From Adineta vaga (taxonomy: Eukaryota > Animalia > Rotifera): DNA of 64,000 bases. Position 1 is the first letter of the stretch, and every line of letters begins with the position of its first letter. Of this stretch, positions 26,358 to 47,312 are shown one piece after another. The stretch lies in NCBI GenBank assembly GCA_021613535.1, contig CP075496.1:12028001-12092000 (forward strand). The letters run 5' to 3'. The notes under the pieces are model-generated. The model searched no databases. It saw only the letters and a program-made list of their open reading frames with translations, and had not been told where the DNA came from. Position numbers and translations under genes: made by a program.

Positions 26358-27315
26358 TCATTTCGAAACAAGTTTTAATGCCAATTGACATGCATCGATA
26401 TACTGTTGGATGTAATTATTAATCTGTTTTCGTTTATATTGCATGATGTATCGTGGATGTGAAACTTTAAGAATTTTTTCAAAAAAATGATATTGGTCGT
26501 TTAGTTTATTTAAGATTGAATAATTAAGTCCTTCACCAAGACAAATGGCAACTTTTTTCGAACAACCAAGATTAATTTGTTTATCAATATAATCCGGAAT
26601 GAAATATTCAAGTAAATGTTTCATAAAAACTTTATTATCATAATAATTCATATTGCGTCCATTATATTCCAAACCAAGTGGACATACAGCACCAATAAAA
26701 AACTTCTGGTAAAAATCTTTCATAGAATATTGTTCAAAGAAATAATCATAGATAAATTGTGCAGATAATTCAGGTTTTGAAGGAAAATTTGAATCAATAC
26801 CGCAAACATTTTTTAAACGTATCGGATCCGTGAATGGCACACCTATTAATAAACAGAAGAAACGAGCGAAGATTAGTACCCATGAACTTTGTGAAATCAT
26901 CAGAATTGTATAAATAATAAATGTAGACAATTAGGAAAAGTAATTTTCCGGAAGAGAAGAGAGGCTATCAATGTTTTTGTTATTGCAATTTCTTCTCACT
27001 ATATCTATTCATGTTTGTTGAATAATCACGATAGATATATCTATATGTTTTTTATATACCTGTAGTTCCACCCCCAAATCGACCTGGATTAATTCCAAGA
27101 ATAAGAATACGTGCGTGTGTATCGGAATAATACTTCGAATAAAATGTTTCAACACATTGCCATGTTTCAGAATTTTGAAATGGATATAACCATTTGATTT
27201 TCTTGTCGGGTAATTCGATATCAATAGGCGGTTCTAATTGTCTTAAATAAGCTAAAATACGTTTATCCATCGGTTCAGTATTGGATTGAAAATATTTTGA
27301 TTTCCTTTCCGTCAT
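26358..27315 (-). CDS. Uracil-DNA glycosylase superfamily protein of bacterial SMUG2/DUF4918 type (2 exons, 246 aa); probable horizontal acquisition
   Basis: Motifs FYSKYY, ILGINPGRFGGGTTG^VPFTD, ELSAQFIY, VCPLG, NYYD, CLGEG.N, HPRYIMQY. Phase-1 GT-AG intron 26843-27059; exons of 256 and 485 nt. Confidence 0.9.
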
Positions 27316-27675
27316 ATATCTTTATGTATGTGTGAAAAAAAAAGTAAGTTTCGTCTGTTTAGATGTCGCACATGTGCAAAAATTTTGTAAATTGAAAAGT
27401 TTTTCAAGTAGATAATTATCTATTTTGAATATTGAAAGAAATCAAGTGTGTTTTATAAGAAAATCAAGAGAGAATCATCGAAGATATTAACACGAATTTT
27501 ATTGGTGAAGTGTGAAAACAAAGGCAAAATGTAATGGGAAAGAGATTTTCTTTTCTTTTCCTCAAGTCAATTGTTTGATGAGTCATTGTTTCACCACTGT
27601 CAAAAGGAAAGAAGAAGCAAGCAGAAATATTATTAATAAAAAGAGAAGTCCTTTATTTTTCTAGATATTTATCAA

Positions 27676-36063
<8,388 letters not shown>

Positions 36064-37458
36064 TTAGTCTGATATATTTACATAAATCAGCAAATAAAAA
36101 AATCGAAAGAAACCAAAAACAAACGCAAACGTCTATAGAAATATCTGTGTGTGTTTTTACAGTACGTTTTAGAACTGTTGTATATTAAATGATGTGGATT
36201 TCGTTTTGTTTTTTTGTGAACATGCTCAAATTCTTATTTTTCCTTTCTTTCTTTCTCTCTCTTGTCTTTTGCTATTCACGAATTTCGTCACTAGTCTCTT
36301 TGTTTTGACAAAGTTCTTCTTATCCTGCTTGATTTTTCTTTCTCTGCGTGTGTATATAATAATGCTTCTAATTGTCTCTTTTGTTTTTTTTTCGCTAATT
36401 CCCGGTGGTAGTTGGGGAGAATAGCTCTCATGTTTTCATTCATATAAAATAGAACAAAATTGCCAGTTGATGATGCTTGCAGGCATCGAATAGATAAATA
36501 CTTGTATGTTGATAAAATCTTCTTTTAAAAGAGAAAAAATTTGTTATTGATCTTATTCATTAGAGAATTGAATCATTGTTGTAAATGTTTGTATTAGATT
36601 GAGAAATAATTCTCTCTCTCTCTCTCAGGATCAAAGGCAAGAAATATTGATCGATGTACTCTTGTCAAATAAATCGAAAAGAAATTGATCGATCAATATT
36701 GAGAAGAAAACAACTAGAGATGGAATCTATTATTCGAATGCTAATCATTATTGTATGTTCTAGTGAAGAGATGATCTTTTAAAGAAAAGGTTAGACAAGC
36801 ATTTTATACTGCAGGAAATCGTAGAAGATCAGTTATATAATTAACATGGAAATCCTTTTCTTTTCTAAAGAAACAAAATTTTAGATCACAGTCATTATTA
36901 AGATATCAAATTAATATAGAAAATATTTTGTAACTTGATCTGAAATTGTTGTTTTACTAAAAAATCTCTACAATATTATTATACAATCAGATTGTTGAAA
37001 TTCAACGAATGTACTTCACTATTATTTATCTAATTTGTCTGGACATAGTTCTATGCTCTAGAGTTAACACGTAAATCCAATAGATAATTGATTATAGAAG
37101 AAAACAAACTGATTTCCTACATGATAATTATCTCAATTAGATTTTCTCTCCTGAGATTCTTCTTTTATTATCAATGAACAAATAAACACGTTCATTTCTA
37201 GGTTACTTTCTCAAACAACGAATAACTAAACTTAGAGAACATTTTGACTTCATATATATTCGAAAAATGATCTATTTACATTGAATTCTATGAGATGACT
37301 CAAAATTAACTACATTATTTTGTCTTTCTCTTTTGTTATCAGAGAGATGAATATGTTATCAATTGGAAGATAAGAACTAGAATGTTTGACTTCTTATTTT
37401 ATACTTTCGTTTTTTCTTCTTCTCTCGTAACCTGAACAAAAATAGAATAAACTAGACA

Positions 37459-39150
37459 ATGTCTTTATTAATATTTCCTGATGAAATTCTTCTTGATCTA
37501 TTTGATTATTTCTATTTCTCGGAATTAATCTATTCATTCTATGATATAATGCGTTTAAATCGTCGATTTGAAGAATTAATCAATACACGTCTTCATTCAA
37601 TAAATTTATCCAAAGTTGATTTACGTTCAATGACAAAATCACAATTTTTATTTCTTTGCCATTACTTAAAATCTCATAATGATTCTCTTGAACAAATTCA
37701 ATATTTAATTCTTTCAAATCAATATACATTTGGACAAATACGTTCATTTTTAAGTCAAATATCATTCGATCAATTAATTCATTTGAAAACTTTACATTTA
37801 ATACAACCCGCATTAGATGAATATCATATTTTATTTCCAACGAAATCCACACAATTAACACAATTAATTGTTGAAAATCCGGAATGTGATGATAATGGAC
37901 GTATTATTCTTATTGATGAAATGGATGAATTAATTCAATTAACTATACAATCGGAATATTTCATACAATTTCGTTCGCAATATAATCGTGTCGAAAAATT
38001 AATTCTTAAGCAATTGAATTTTCTTGATTTAATTGGTTTTTCAACATTTTTTCCCAATTTACATTATCTTGATATAACATTAACAAGTACTGATATAGAT
38101 TTAACTCAAATTCATCTTCCATTATTGACAATTTTAAAACTACGTAGTTCAAATGTTCCACATGATTCATGTGAAGATTTCTTAGCTAATCTTTTACAAC
38201 TTCGAGAATTATATTATTCAAATGAAATTGATTGTCGATATTTATCCATTATTGATGGTTATCGTTGTCAAACATTGATTGAACGTTTACCCTTATTAGA
38301 ACTATTCGAATTAGATTTATATTTATATAATACACATTCAACAGATATTTGTGAAATAACAGCATCATTTCAAAATTCATTTTATCTTTCAAAAAATTGG
38401 AATATTGTTTGTGAATCACGACCAAATTCTAATAATTTCCATATCTATTCGATTCCATTCGAACCATGTTTTGAATTAGATATTGCAACAGATAATCTTG
38501 TTTCATCACCGGTTTTACCCATTGATGATCCATATGGAAATGTTAGAAATTTAAAATTAAATATGACATCGAATTGGCCATTAGTAACACGATTTTTTCC
38601 CAATATTACTTCACTTGAATTATCTCAATTGAATCATTCTCGAATGATTCCAACCGTGTCCGTTATATCGTATTTAAATAAATCGATGTTTTTATCAAAA
38701 ATTCACAAATTAATTTTACCATCACCCTGTCATTTTGATGATACACTTCTTTGCTATCTTTTACAACAAAGTGCACCTAATATAATCAATCTGGATATCT
38801 CATGCCATTATCTATTACGTTTAATTAAAGAAAAAAAATTACAACCACCATTACCTATACGTATGTTAACATTACGTGATGATTATCTTCCATTAAAAGA
38901 TCAAAATATTTTCATGGAATTTTTCAAATCATCTCTTCAATGTTTAACTGTATATTTACAAAATAATCAATCATTATCGGAGGCAATACGAATATTTTTA
39001 GATGAATTTCAAATCTTATTCAGTATTGATATTCTATTATATGATCCCGTTTCGATGTTAATTCATGTACAACTTTGTCAAATGTTACAACAACGACCTG
39101 AAGTGAGTGCAGAACTTCGACCAATGAATATTCGAATTTGGCAAAAATAA
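37459..39150 (+). CDS. Intronless F-box/LRR-like protein (563 aa)
   Basis: N-terminal F-box-like LLIFPDEILLDLFDYF...LNRRF, followed by degenerate LxxLxL repeats (FPNLHYLDI, LPLLTILKL, FPNITSLEL). Confidence 0.82.
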   Translation: MSLLIFPDEILLDLFDYFYFSELIYSFYDIMRLNRRFEELINTRLHSINLSKVDLRSMTKSQFLFLCHYLKSHNDSLEQIQYLILSNQYTFGQIRSFLSQISFDQLIHLKTLHLIQPALDEYHILFPTKSTQLTQLIVENPECDDNGRIILIDEMDELIQLTIQSEYFIQFRSQYNRVEKLILKQLNFLDLIGFSTFFPNLHYLDITLTSTDIDLTQIHLPLLTILKLRSSNVPHDSCEDFLANLLQLRELYYSNEIDCRYLSIIDGYRCQTLIERLPLLELFELDLYLYNTHSTDICEITASFQNSFYLSKNWNIVCESRPNSNNFHIYSIPFEPCFELDIATDNLVSSPVLPIDDPYGNVRNLKLNMTSNWPLVTRFFPNITSLELSQLNHSRMIPTVSVISYLNKSMFLSKIHKLILPSPCHFDDTLLCYLLQQSAPNIINLDISCHYLLRLIKEKKLQPPLPIRMLTLRDDYLPLKDQNIFMEFFKSSLQCLTVYLQNNQSLSEAIRIFLDEFQILFSIDILLYDPVSMLIHVQLCQMLQQRPEVSAELRPMNIRIWQK

Positions 39151-39430
39151 ATTTCATTTGATACTTAGGTAAATAGTTTATGAGAGAAATTGTGATGTGA
39201 ACGTTTTTCTTTTTATTTCTTTTGTTTTACAACATAAAATACAATAACAACAAAACTCACTGTCTTTTTTGATACCTCTGAAGAATAATTTATAATAAAT
39301 AAAAACACATAATAACATCAATAATGAGAGAAATAAATAAAAATATTAAATTCTTTTCTCCTTCACTTTGTTTTCTTTTTGATTCGATCATTGAGTAGAT
39401 ATATTGCACATTGATTAGACTAATTCTCAA

Positions 39431-42090
39431 TTAAAGATCCCAACTAAATAAATGATGTTTTATTAACATATCTCGAACACTTGATAACACATCTAATTGT
39501 CTATAAGCAGCTGGTAATTCATAATCTTGTTGAAGAGTAAATGAAAATTGTTGTAAAACTCTTAAATCACATTTAATTTGTACCTAAATTCAATTCAGAT
39601 AAAAAAACTAACGAACACTCTTCTCTCTCAACTTACCCAACACGGTGATCGTAGAAATGACCATGGTAAATACCATTTATTAATTATTTCTGTACATGAA
39701 CATAGAGTTTCTAACCATAAATGTAAAACTTGTTCATTGAGACCGACACATATGAATGATCGTAATTTGACATCCATTTGTGCATGAGCAAGATTATGTG
39801 TATAATTAATTGAACGTATACAACGACATAAAAGTTCTTCAGGTGTTAAAATTCGTCCGTCTTCATCTAAACGATACGTTTTACAAAGTATTAATCGAGC
39901 ATAAACACTATCAAAATCTTTGTTTATTGCATGTAATGCCGCTTCTTCGATAAACAACCACGGATGACAAACACCACCTGAAAACGTAGATGAAAAAACA
40001 ATAATCATCATTAAATTTCTCACATCTGATAAAGTATATTCTTACCAAGTACAATTGGTGTTTTTCGTAATCCATGTTCAAGTATTGATTTGATACATGT
40101 TGCTAATTTTCCTCGAACAAGATTCGATATATTTTCGTCAACACTATCATCACCAGCTAAGGAATATAATTTCGATCGTTCATCAACTAATTGAACAAAT
40201 TTCGCTGGAAACCATCCATGTTTACCATTTAATTCTCCAATCCAACAATGTTCATCTGACATTGATAAAATTTTCAAAATATCATTCTTTTTAAAACCAA
40301 GTTCATTCGAATCTTGACATTCAAAATCGACTAGAGCTTTTGCACGTTTATATTTCTGTAAAGATATATTCGCATAATGTTCATGATCTTTCACATGTGA
40401 TTCAATGGAATAATCAACATTTAGATCAAGATTTTCTTGATTATATTCGTCCGGATCGTTATCTTTGAAATGTTTGGCGATTTTTAGTATTCCTTCACGA
40501 AGATTAACTAACATTTCAGTTTGAGTAATATTACGTTCCATTAATGCTTGATTATGATTGGATTTCTTTCCAAAAAACAATCGATTTGTTGAAGATGATT
40601 GTTGATTTTGACGACGATGAAGAATATCTTTTGGTAAATTGATTAGATTCATTTTTGGATTAATGGTAAAACCTTCTTGTGACATTAATTCAGCAAGATA
40701 TTTCTTTCGATAAGATTCGATTATTGCCGAAGTTAAATTAAATAATTTTGGTAAATCGTGAAAGATTTGTTCATTAGTTCCATGTTCTTCTTCAAATAAT
40801 TGAGGTAATTCACAAAGAAAATTAAAGATTTGTGCACTATTATTTGATTCAATCAAAAGATTTTCATATTGTTTTAACATAATTAAACCAATTTGAAATA
40901 ATATAATTGAACCATGAAGAAAAAAATAATCCCATAAACGACAAAGAAATTTCGTATGAAATACATTGGAATAAAGTGTTAAAAACCATTGAAAACAAAT
41001 TAAAGTTAAATCAATGTCATGTTCATTAAATAATTCATGAATATTAGGAAGATATTGTTGAATTAAATAACGAAATACACGTATATCGACTTGAACACCA
41101 AATAATGATGCAGAATAATATTGACCTGGTAAAAGATCTTCAACAATAGAACACATCATCCAAAAAGCATCTTCTTCTTCGAAAAATAATAATAATGTTG
41201 CACAACTAACACCCATACCCTAAAGATTTAAAAGATGAATACATTGTCTTTTTATATTGAGAAATGATTTTACCGGACAATATCCAATATCTAAAAGAAG
41301 AAATTAAGAAATTGAGTTTGAAGATATATCAATGAATTTTACCTGGAAAAAGCCATGCAATTGTTCGTAAGATTCGTCTTAATCTTGATATTCCTGATGC
41401 ATTTATTGTCATAAAACATGCATTCGTTGGTAATGTTCTCAGAAGATCTTTTTCAATGTGTTTAGAATAAAGTTGATTATCATTATTACATTGTTTCAAC
41501 ATGTCAGTATATGACATTTTTGCTTGATGTTTCTTATGTACAGAACCACTGAGACACATCCAAATTTGTGGCCGTAGAGATGCTGGTATACCGAATGATT
41601 GTTGGAATAGAAGAGAAAATTTTGTATCTTGTCGTAATTGTTTTGGATCGATTTTGTCGATAATTTCTTGTTCTTTTAATGGTAAATGAACAACATCGAG
41701 TTTATATGTCGAATCAAGATGTGTAAGCCATTTTAATTTTACTTGTTCATTTTCTTTTATAGGTATAATTTCGTATTGTTGTTCATTTGCATTAATATCA
41801 ATACGAAAAGCATATTCATCATAGATTGTTTGATCGTCAGTATCGTTTAATAACAATTGAGGTGAGGGTACAAGTGAATGAATCAATGCAGAAAATGGTT
41901 CACCGATAATGATTGTGGATGATATTTTAGGATGAATATGCATTTCTTTTCCATTGATTTGTGAGGATGATGAAGATGTTAATGGTGGCAAATATTTTGA
42001 AGCATAAGATTCATTGTCATTCTCACAATAGTGTGAAAAGACATGATGAGATGAAGATAATTCTTCGTGATTATTAAAAGAATTTAACAT
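39431..42090 (-). CDS. SGSM3: Small G protein signalling modulator 3 (TBC-SH3-RUN), 5 exons including a 17-nt microexon
   Basis: [28 protein letters not shown]3 ([10 protein letters not shown]...[19 protein letters not shown]), RUN ([12 protein letters not shown]), C-terminus [15 protein letters not shown]. Confidence 0.95.
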
Positions 42091-42732
42091 TGATGTTATT
42101 TAATGTGAAGGAGAAAAAATTCGATGTTTTTCGAAGAAACTATTGCACAGCTGGTTTATCTTCCTCTTTAGCAAAACATAGACTAACTAACTATTAAAAT
42201 AGAATAGTGATTGGTGCAATGAATACAAGTCAAAGGAAAACTTCACTAGATCTGTTTTTCTGCACTCTACTGACATCTAGAAAAATCTAGAGTTTCTTCT
42301 ATTAGACACTATTTCAATGTGATGGATAAAAATGATCGTAATCTTTTTTGGTTTGTACTTACTATGTTTGAAGATGTCATGATTATATCATTAAAAAAAT
42401 ACGATATACTATCTTTTAATTCTTGTTTTGCGAACAATTTTATGAATAAAATAAGAAAAATTTTACTGTCAAGATAATTATTCAATTACATCTGTTAACT
42501 TCGATAACTTGTTATTTCTTCTTTAGAATAAAATGATTGATCATCTCGTCCAAGAAAGTGAATATAAAACAAGAAGTTTATCATTCGAAAAAAGTCTTTG
42601 TTTTTTTCATTGCACAAATGTTTAAATGAATAAAAAGTAGAATGACAATAGACAATAACAATAGCAACAACAAAACTAAGGTTAGTTGATTTCTTTTTCC
42701 GTAAGACTAAGAAGAGAAAACAATTGATCTTT

Positions 42733-43005
<273 letters not shown>

Positions 43006-43543
43006 AATATGTATGCAATGGAAAGAAATAAACGGATAAGAGATGATTTTTTTTCGAATGAAAGTCAATCAGTGATATTCGCTTGTTGTATTGTATACAA
43101 CGTTGTTGATGATGATGATGAAGCGTCGAACAATTTGAGTTAACCAATCAAAAACTAGGTGTCGTCAATTGATGACGTTACTCTGCATTAATGCATTGAT
43201 CATATTTTATAGAAAATTACATCTATGATGTTTCTCATTTGAAATGAAACTTAGTTCATAGAATATTCTAATGATTTTTATGAAATTTCGTTCGTCGTCG
43301 TATGGTAACCATGACAGTTTTACATATACGAAGTGAAAATGGCGGTACACTATGACATGATCGACATATGGATACTATCATTTGATATCTAAATAAGAGT
43401 TTGAATGAACGAATAATATATTATATTAAATCATTGTTAGAGTATTCCCAGTGAGTTCTATTTAACTGAACACCTTAATCTGATTTAGACATCAGAAATA
43501 CAAAAGAACATTTCTATCTTACTTCTAATACTAAAATATATCA
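43006..43543. promoter_or_regulatory. Divergent promoter between SEC61G and the SVBP-like gene, with CCAAT, X-box-like and YY1-like motifs
   Basis: CCAAT near 43144; GTCGTATGGTAAC at 43297-43309; AAAATGGCGG at 43336-43345. Confidence 0.4.
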
Positions 43544-44153
43544 ATGGCTAGTGAGGAAATAACTGCAAGTCCAGTGATATTACGAAAACGTACTGCCTTA
43601 CAAAAACATCGCGTTCAGAGTCAATCAATCGATGCTACTATTATTGATGATCTTCATCAACGAAGTAAAACACCAACAGGAAGAAATCGATCAGTGCCTA
43701 GACCAACCAAAGTTATTCCAAAAGCCGGTATGTATCTCTTTTTCTTTGAAAATTCAATTAATGATTGAATCATCGTTCTCTTATTCGAAGAAGCAATACC
43801 ATTCAAACGATGTCAATCTCAACAAAAAGATGCTCATCGTTCATCACCAACTAAACTCGAACGACAGTTAACGACGATTACTTATCAAACTCGTTTACCT
43901 ACATTTCCAACATCAACGGATAATAATGAACAAAAACAAACATCTCAGTTTCGTCGACGACAAGTTTGTTTTTCACAAAAAAAAACTATCGTTTTAGTAA
44001 CTTTGATTTTATTTTTCTCTATAGATTTATGCATTAAATCATCTAATGCGTGATTTTGAACAAGAAAAATTTCGTGAATTTTGTAAATTGCATAATATAG
44101 GAACTGATAATGATAAACAAACAAACAATACAAATAACGAATCTTCAACATGA
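43544..44153 (+). CDS. SVBP: Small vasohibin-binding protein (SVBP/CCDC23)-like, 161 aa, 3 exons
   Basis: Exons 43544-43727, 43791-43963 and 44025-44153 give RRRQIYALNHLMRDFEQEKFREFCK, matching human SVBP [25 protein letters not shown]. Confidence 0.82.
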
Positions 44154-44606
44154 TAATTGTATGCATATCAATTCGACTGTAGTGTAAAAAGCAAGAAAAA
44201 TGTTTGCGATATTACTAGTCAAGATTTTCTTTTCTTTTAAATTTTATATATTTTTCTACTTGTTAACGAAATATTTAATTTATTTGTTTGAAAATATAAA
44301 TGCATTTGAATGAAACGATTCAATATTTTACACAGAAAATAGATAGTAAATAACAATCATGATTTTATTGAATAATGTCATCATTCATAACAGATAAATA
44401 TTTTCTCAAGCTGATAAATAGTCATTGCCTCCTACTCTAATTGCTATGATGATGATGTGTCTATTGTTAGTCATATGTAACCATTTTATAGACTGATGAA
44501 TCATTTATTTGCCATCTTATATATATATATAAGCTTTCTTTCATTCATATGCCACGTAGTATTTTTCTTAGGAATTGATTTATTTGTTACAAAACTAGAT
44601 ATACCA

Positions 44607-44983
44607 ATGTATTCACGTTGGTTCACTGTGATACTTTTATTCATGATATTTTTGACTGTTCAATGGAATGTAAACCATAGATCAATCTCATCAATTGGTT
44701 TTGCCAATGCTCAATCGTCAGATATTTCCGCTCGACAAAAACGTATTATTGAAGTTCTACTAAAATCTAGTAAAAATACTGAAGTAATAAAATGTGGAGC
44801 ACGTGCTTTCGAAATTGTATATATGTCAAATACAGCATCAATGGGTAAGATGCCTACTTTTTTTTGATTCTATCCAAATAATTTATCATTATCATATATT
44901 TAGTTTCTTCACAATTTGCAATTATTATAACATTCTTTACCAGTATATGGATTGTAATGCAGTCGATTTCTAGTTCTCCGTGA
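44607..44983 (+). CDS. Small (105 aa) secreted or possibly GPI-anchored orphan protein, 2 exons
   Basis: Signal-like MYSRWFTVILLFMIFLTV, RQKR site, phase-1 intron 44845-44903, hydrophobic C-terminus FAIIITFFTSIWIVM. Confidence 0.6.
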
Positions 44984-46433
44984 ATATGCGATGTGTTTGA
45001 TGTATAATTTATTTTTGATATGTATGTCCTTTAAATTATTAAAGTGTTTGTAATTGATGACTTTCTGTTCATACTTTACATTTGACGGTGATCGTAGGAG
45101 CGAGAAAGTTCGTATCCGGTATCGAATACATTTGTTTATCGTTCACTTGTTACTGTAATTTGATTGTCTCTCAAAAAAGTACGAATAGGTTTCATCTTGT
45201 AAAAAAGTATCTTTTGACATAATTAGGTAACAGAATGTTTATAAGACTTCTTCATATATTTGATATATAAGTGACAGAAATCGAAACATTCATTGTCACA
45301 TCTCTTTATTATAGATTAAAAAAATATCTTTGTTTTCATATCATTACACTCTCTATTAAGATCATATCAAAGAGTTTGTTAAACTATCAAGATGACAAAC
45401 AGGTCCTGAATAGATATATCATTTCAAATTCTTTTAAATCAGTTTTCTATATGAATGTATGGAAACAAATATTTCCTTTTGATTTAACCAATCAAAATAG
45501 ACTGATATTGAACATAACAAAGCGTTAGTTACTATCAAGAAATATATTTTTAATGAGTTCACTAGTGTATCGAACGTCTTCAATATATAATTGCCTTTGA
45601 AACCTTGAAGTCAATCGATCATTTCAATCTTCAATTAACAAATAAAGTATATATATATATATGCATAAATAACTAATTTTGTTTGAAAATTTTACATGAT
45701 TAAACAATACAATACAAAAAATGATTATTCATTGAAACAAACTAATCTCTCTGGTTAAAAGTTTATAGTTACAAAAGTTTGAAATAGATCTATTCAAAAG
45801 AGAAAAAGAAAGAAAAACTATTTATTCATCTTATCCTACACATCAATTAATCAATTTTGCATTAGGATTTCTTCCTTTTGCATTTCAATGACATTTTTTT
45901 TTGTTGCGATAAAGCCTAGGAAAAGAAGGTCTTTAGTTCATACAATTCATTCGTATAGAAAAGCATTGACCTTTGATCGAATCGAAACGTTGTTAAAGCA
46001 TCTTTTGGTCATCGTTATCGATTAACAGTTTTACTATTCGAATGAATGTTTGTGACAACTGAATTAAAACTCTTCTTTTTTTTTCTCTGTTCTTATCGGT
46101 GTTATATACGATCGTGCAGTTCTAGCAAGTTTAGTCCTTTGTATGTATGTGAGAAAGTGAAAAATGAGATGTGGGTATAAAGAAGAGAAGGGCAACATCA
46201 GTAGCATATGCAACAAGATTTTTCTTTTTCATTCTCTGTCCTTTCTTCTTCTTCTTCTTCCTCTTCCCAACTTCGTAACATACGTTCGTTCAAGTCACAA
46301 CCACTACTATATATCATCAGAGATTTTTCTGTTCTCTTCTTTCATTTTTTTTTGCTTGCCTCGATTTTTTTTCACTCGTCATTTATTCATTTCAATCGGT
46401 AACAGACATCAATGGAATTTATGCGGTTTTACT

Positions 46434-47312
46434 ATGGTAAGTCAATGAAAGTATAAACAGAAATAAACAAAACCTACTTAATCAATCAGAGTTATTCTTT
46501 ATCAGCAGAACTTTTCCATCATGTCACAAGTTACTCTTGATATAAAATAAACACATCAATATACTCAGACATATATGAAATTTTATTTTAGATTGATTAT
46601 GCTATAGTATATTGATCAAAAGTGGTCTCCGCGTGTGACCATGAATTTTCCGTGTGGACCGTTAGATACGATCCAATTGATCGCTCTTATCCTATTTGGA
46701 ATTCTTACTCTACAATGTCTATTAGGCATCGGTCTTGGTATTGGATTTCTTCTTGAAACACCTTTGTACAATATTGTCACCAAACTTAACTCCGATTTTA
46801 ATACTCAAGCTTATTTTTCCATTTATGCACGTTAGTATATATATATATATATATATAAGTTTTCAAATTTCCTAATATGTTATGAGAATAAAAATGTTCT
46901 TTTAGCTCATCTTCTCTTAATTATTGGTAGTGGTCTTGTAGCAATTCCAATAATATTAGGTATATTTGGTATTTTACGACGTCGTTGGCGTTATTTAATG
47001 ATTTCTCTTGCTTTACTCTCCCTTTATATGGCATTATTATCTGGTGCTGTTGCGTCAGGTTTTGCTTATTTCGATCAACTTAAAGTGAACCTTCAAAATC
47101 ATTGTGGTCAATATACAACAAATACGACTTGTAATTCAATTTCAACAATATATGGATGTCCAAGAAATGATTGTATTGGACGATTAGATGAAATCATGCA
47201 TGCTAGTAAACAACGTATAGGAATTATTTCATCCGTTTTCTTATTAGTACCATTATTAACAAGTATTCTTATAATATTTCATATGCGTCAAGATATTCTT
47301 TATTTTAAATAA
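46434..47312 (+). CDS. Four-transmembrane tetraspanin-like protein
   Basis: Four hydrophobic segments, a short basic loop (LRRRWRY) between TM2 and TM3, and a four-Cys loop between TM3 and TM4. The start is either ATG 46434 (a one-codon exon) or ATG 46641. Confidence 0.7.

Noticed and set aside
26358-27315. Bacterial contamination as the source of the glycosylase
   Set aside because: It has a canonical spliceosomal intron, host-like AT content, and is contiguous with metazoan genes.
45080-45130. GC-richer patch with a weak hairpin (possible ncRNA)
   Set aside because: The stem is short and imperfect, with no recognisable RNA family motif.
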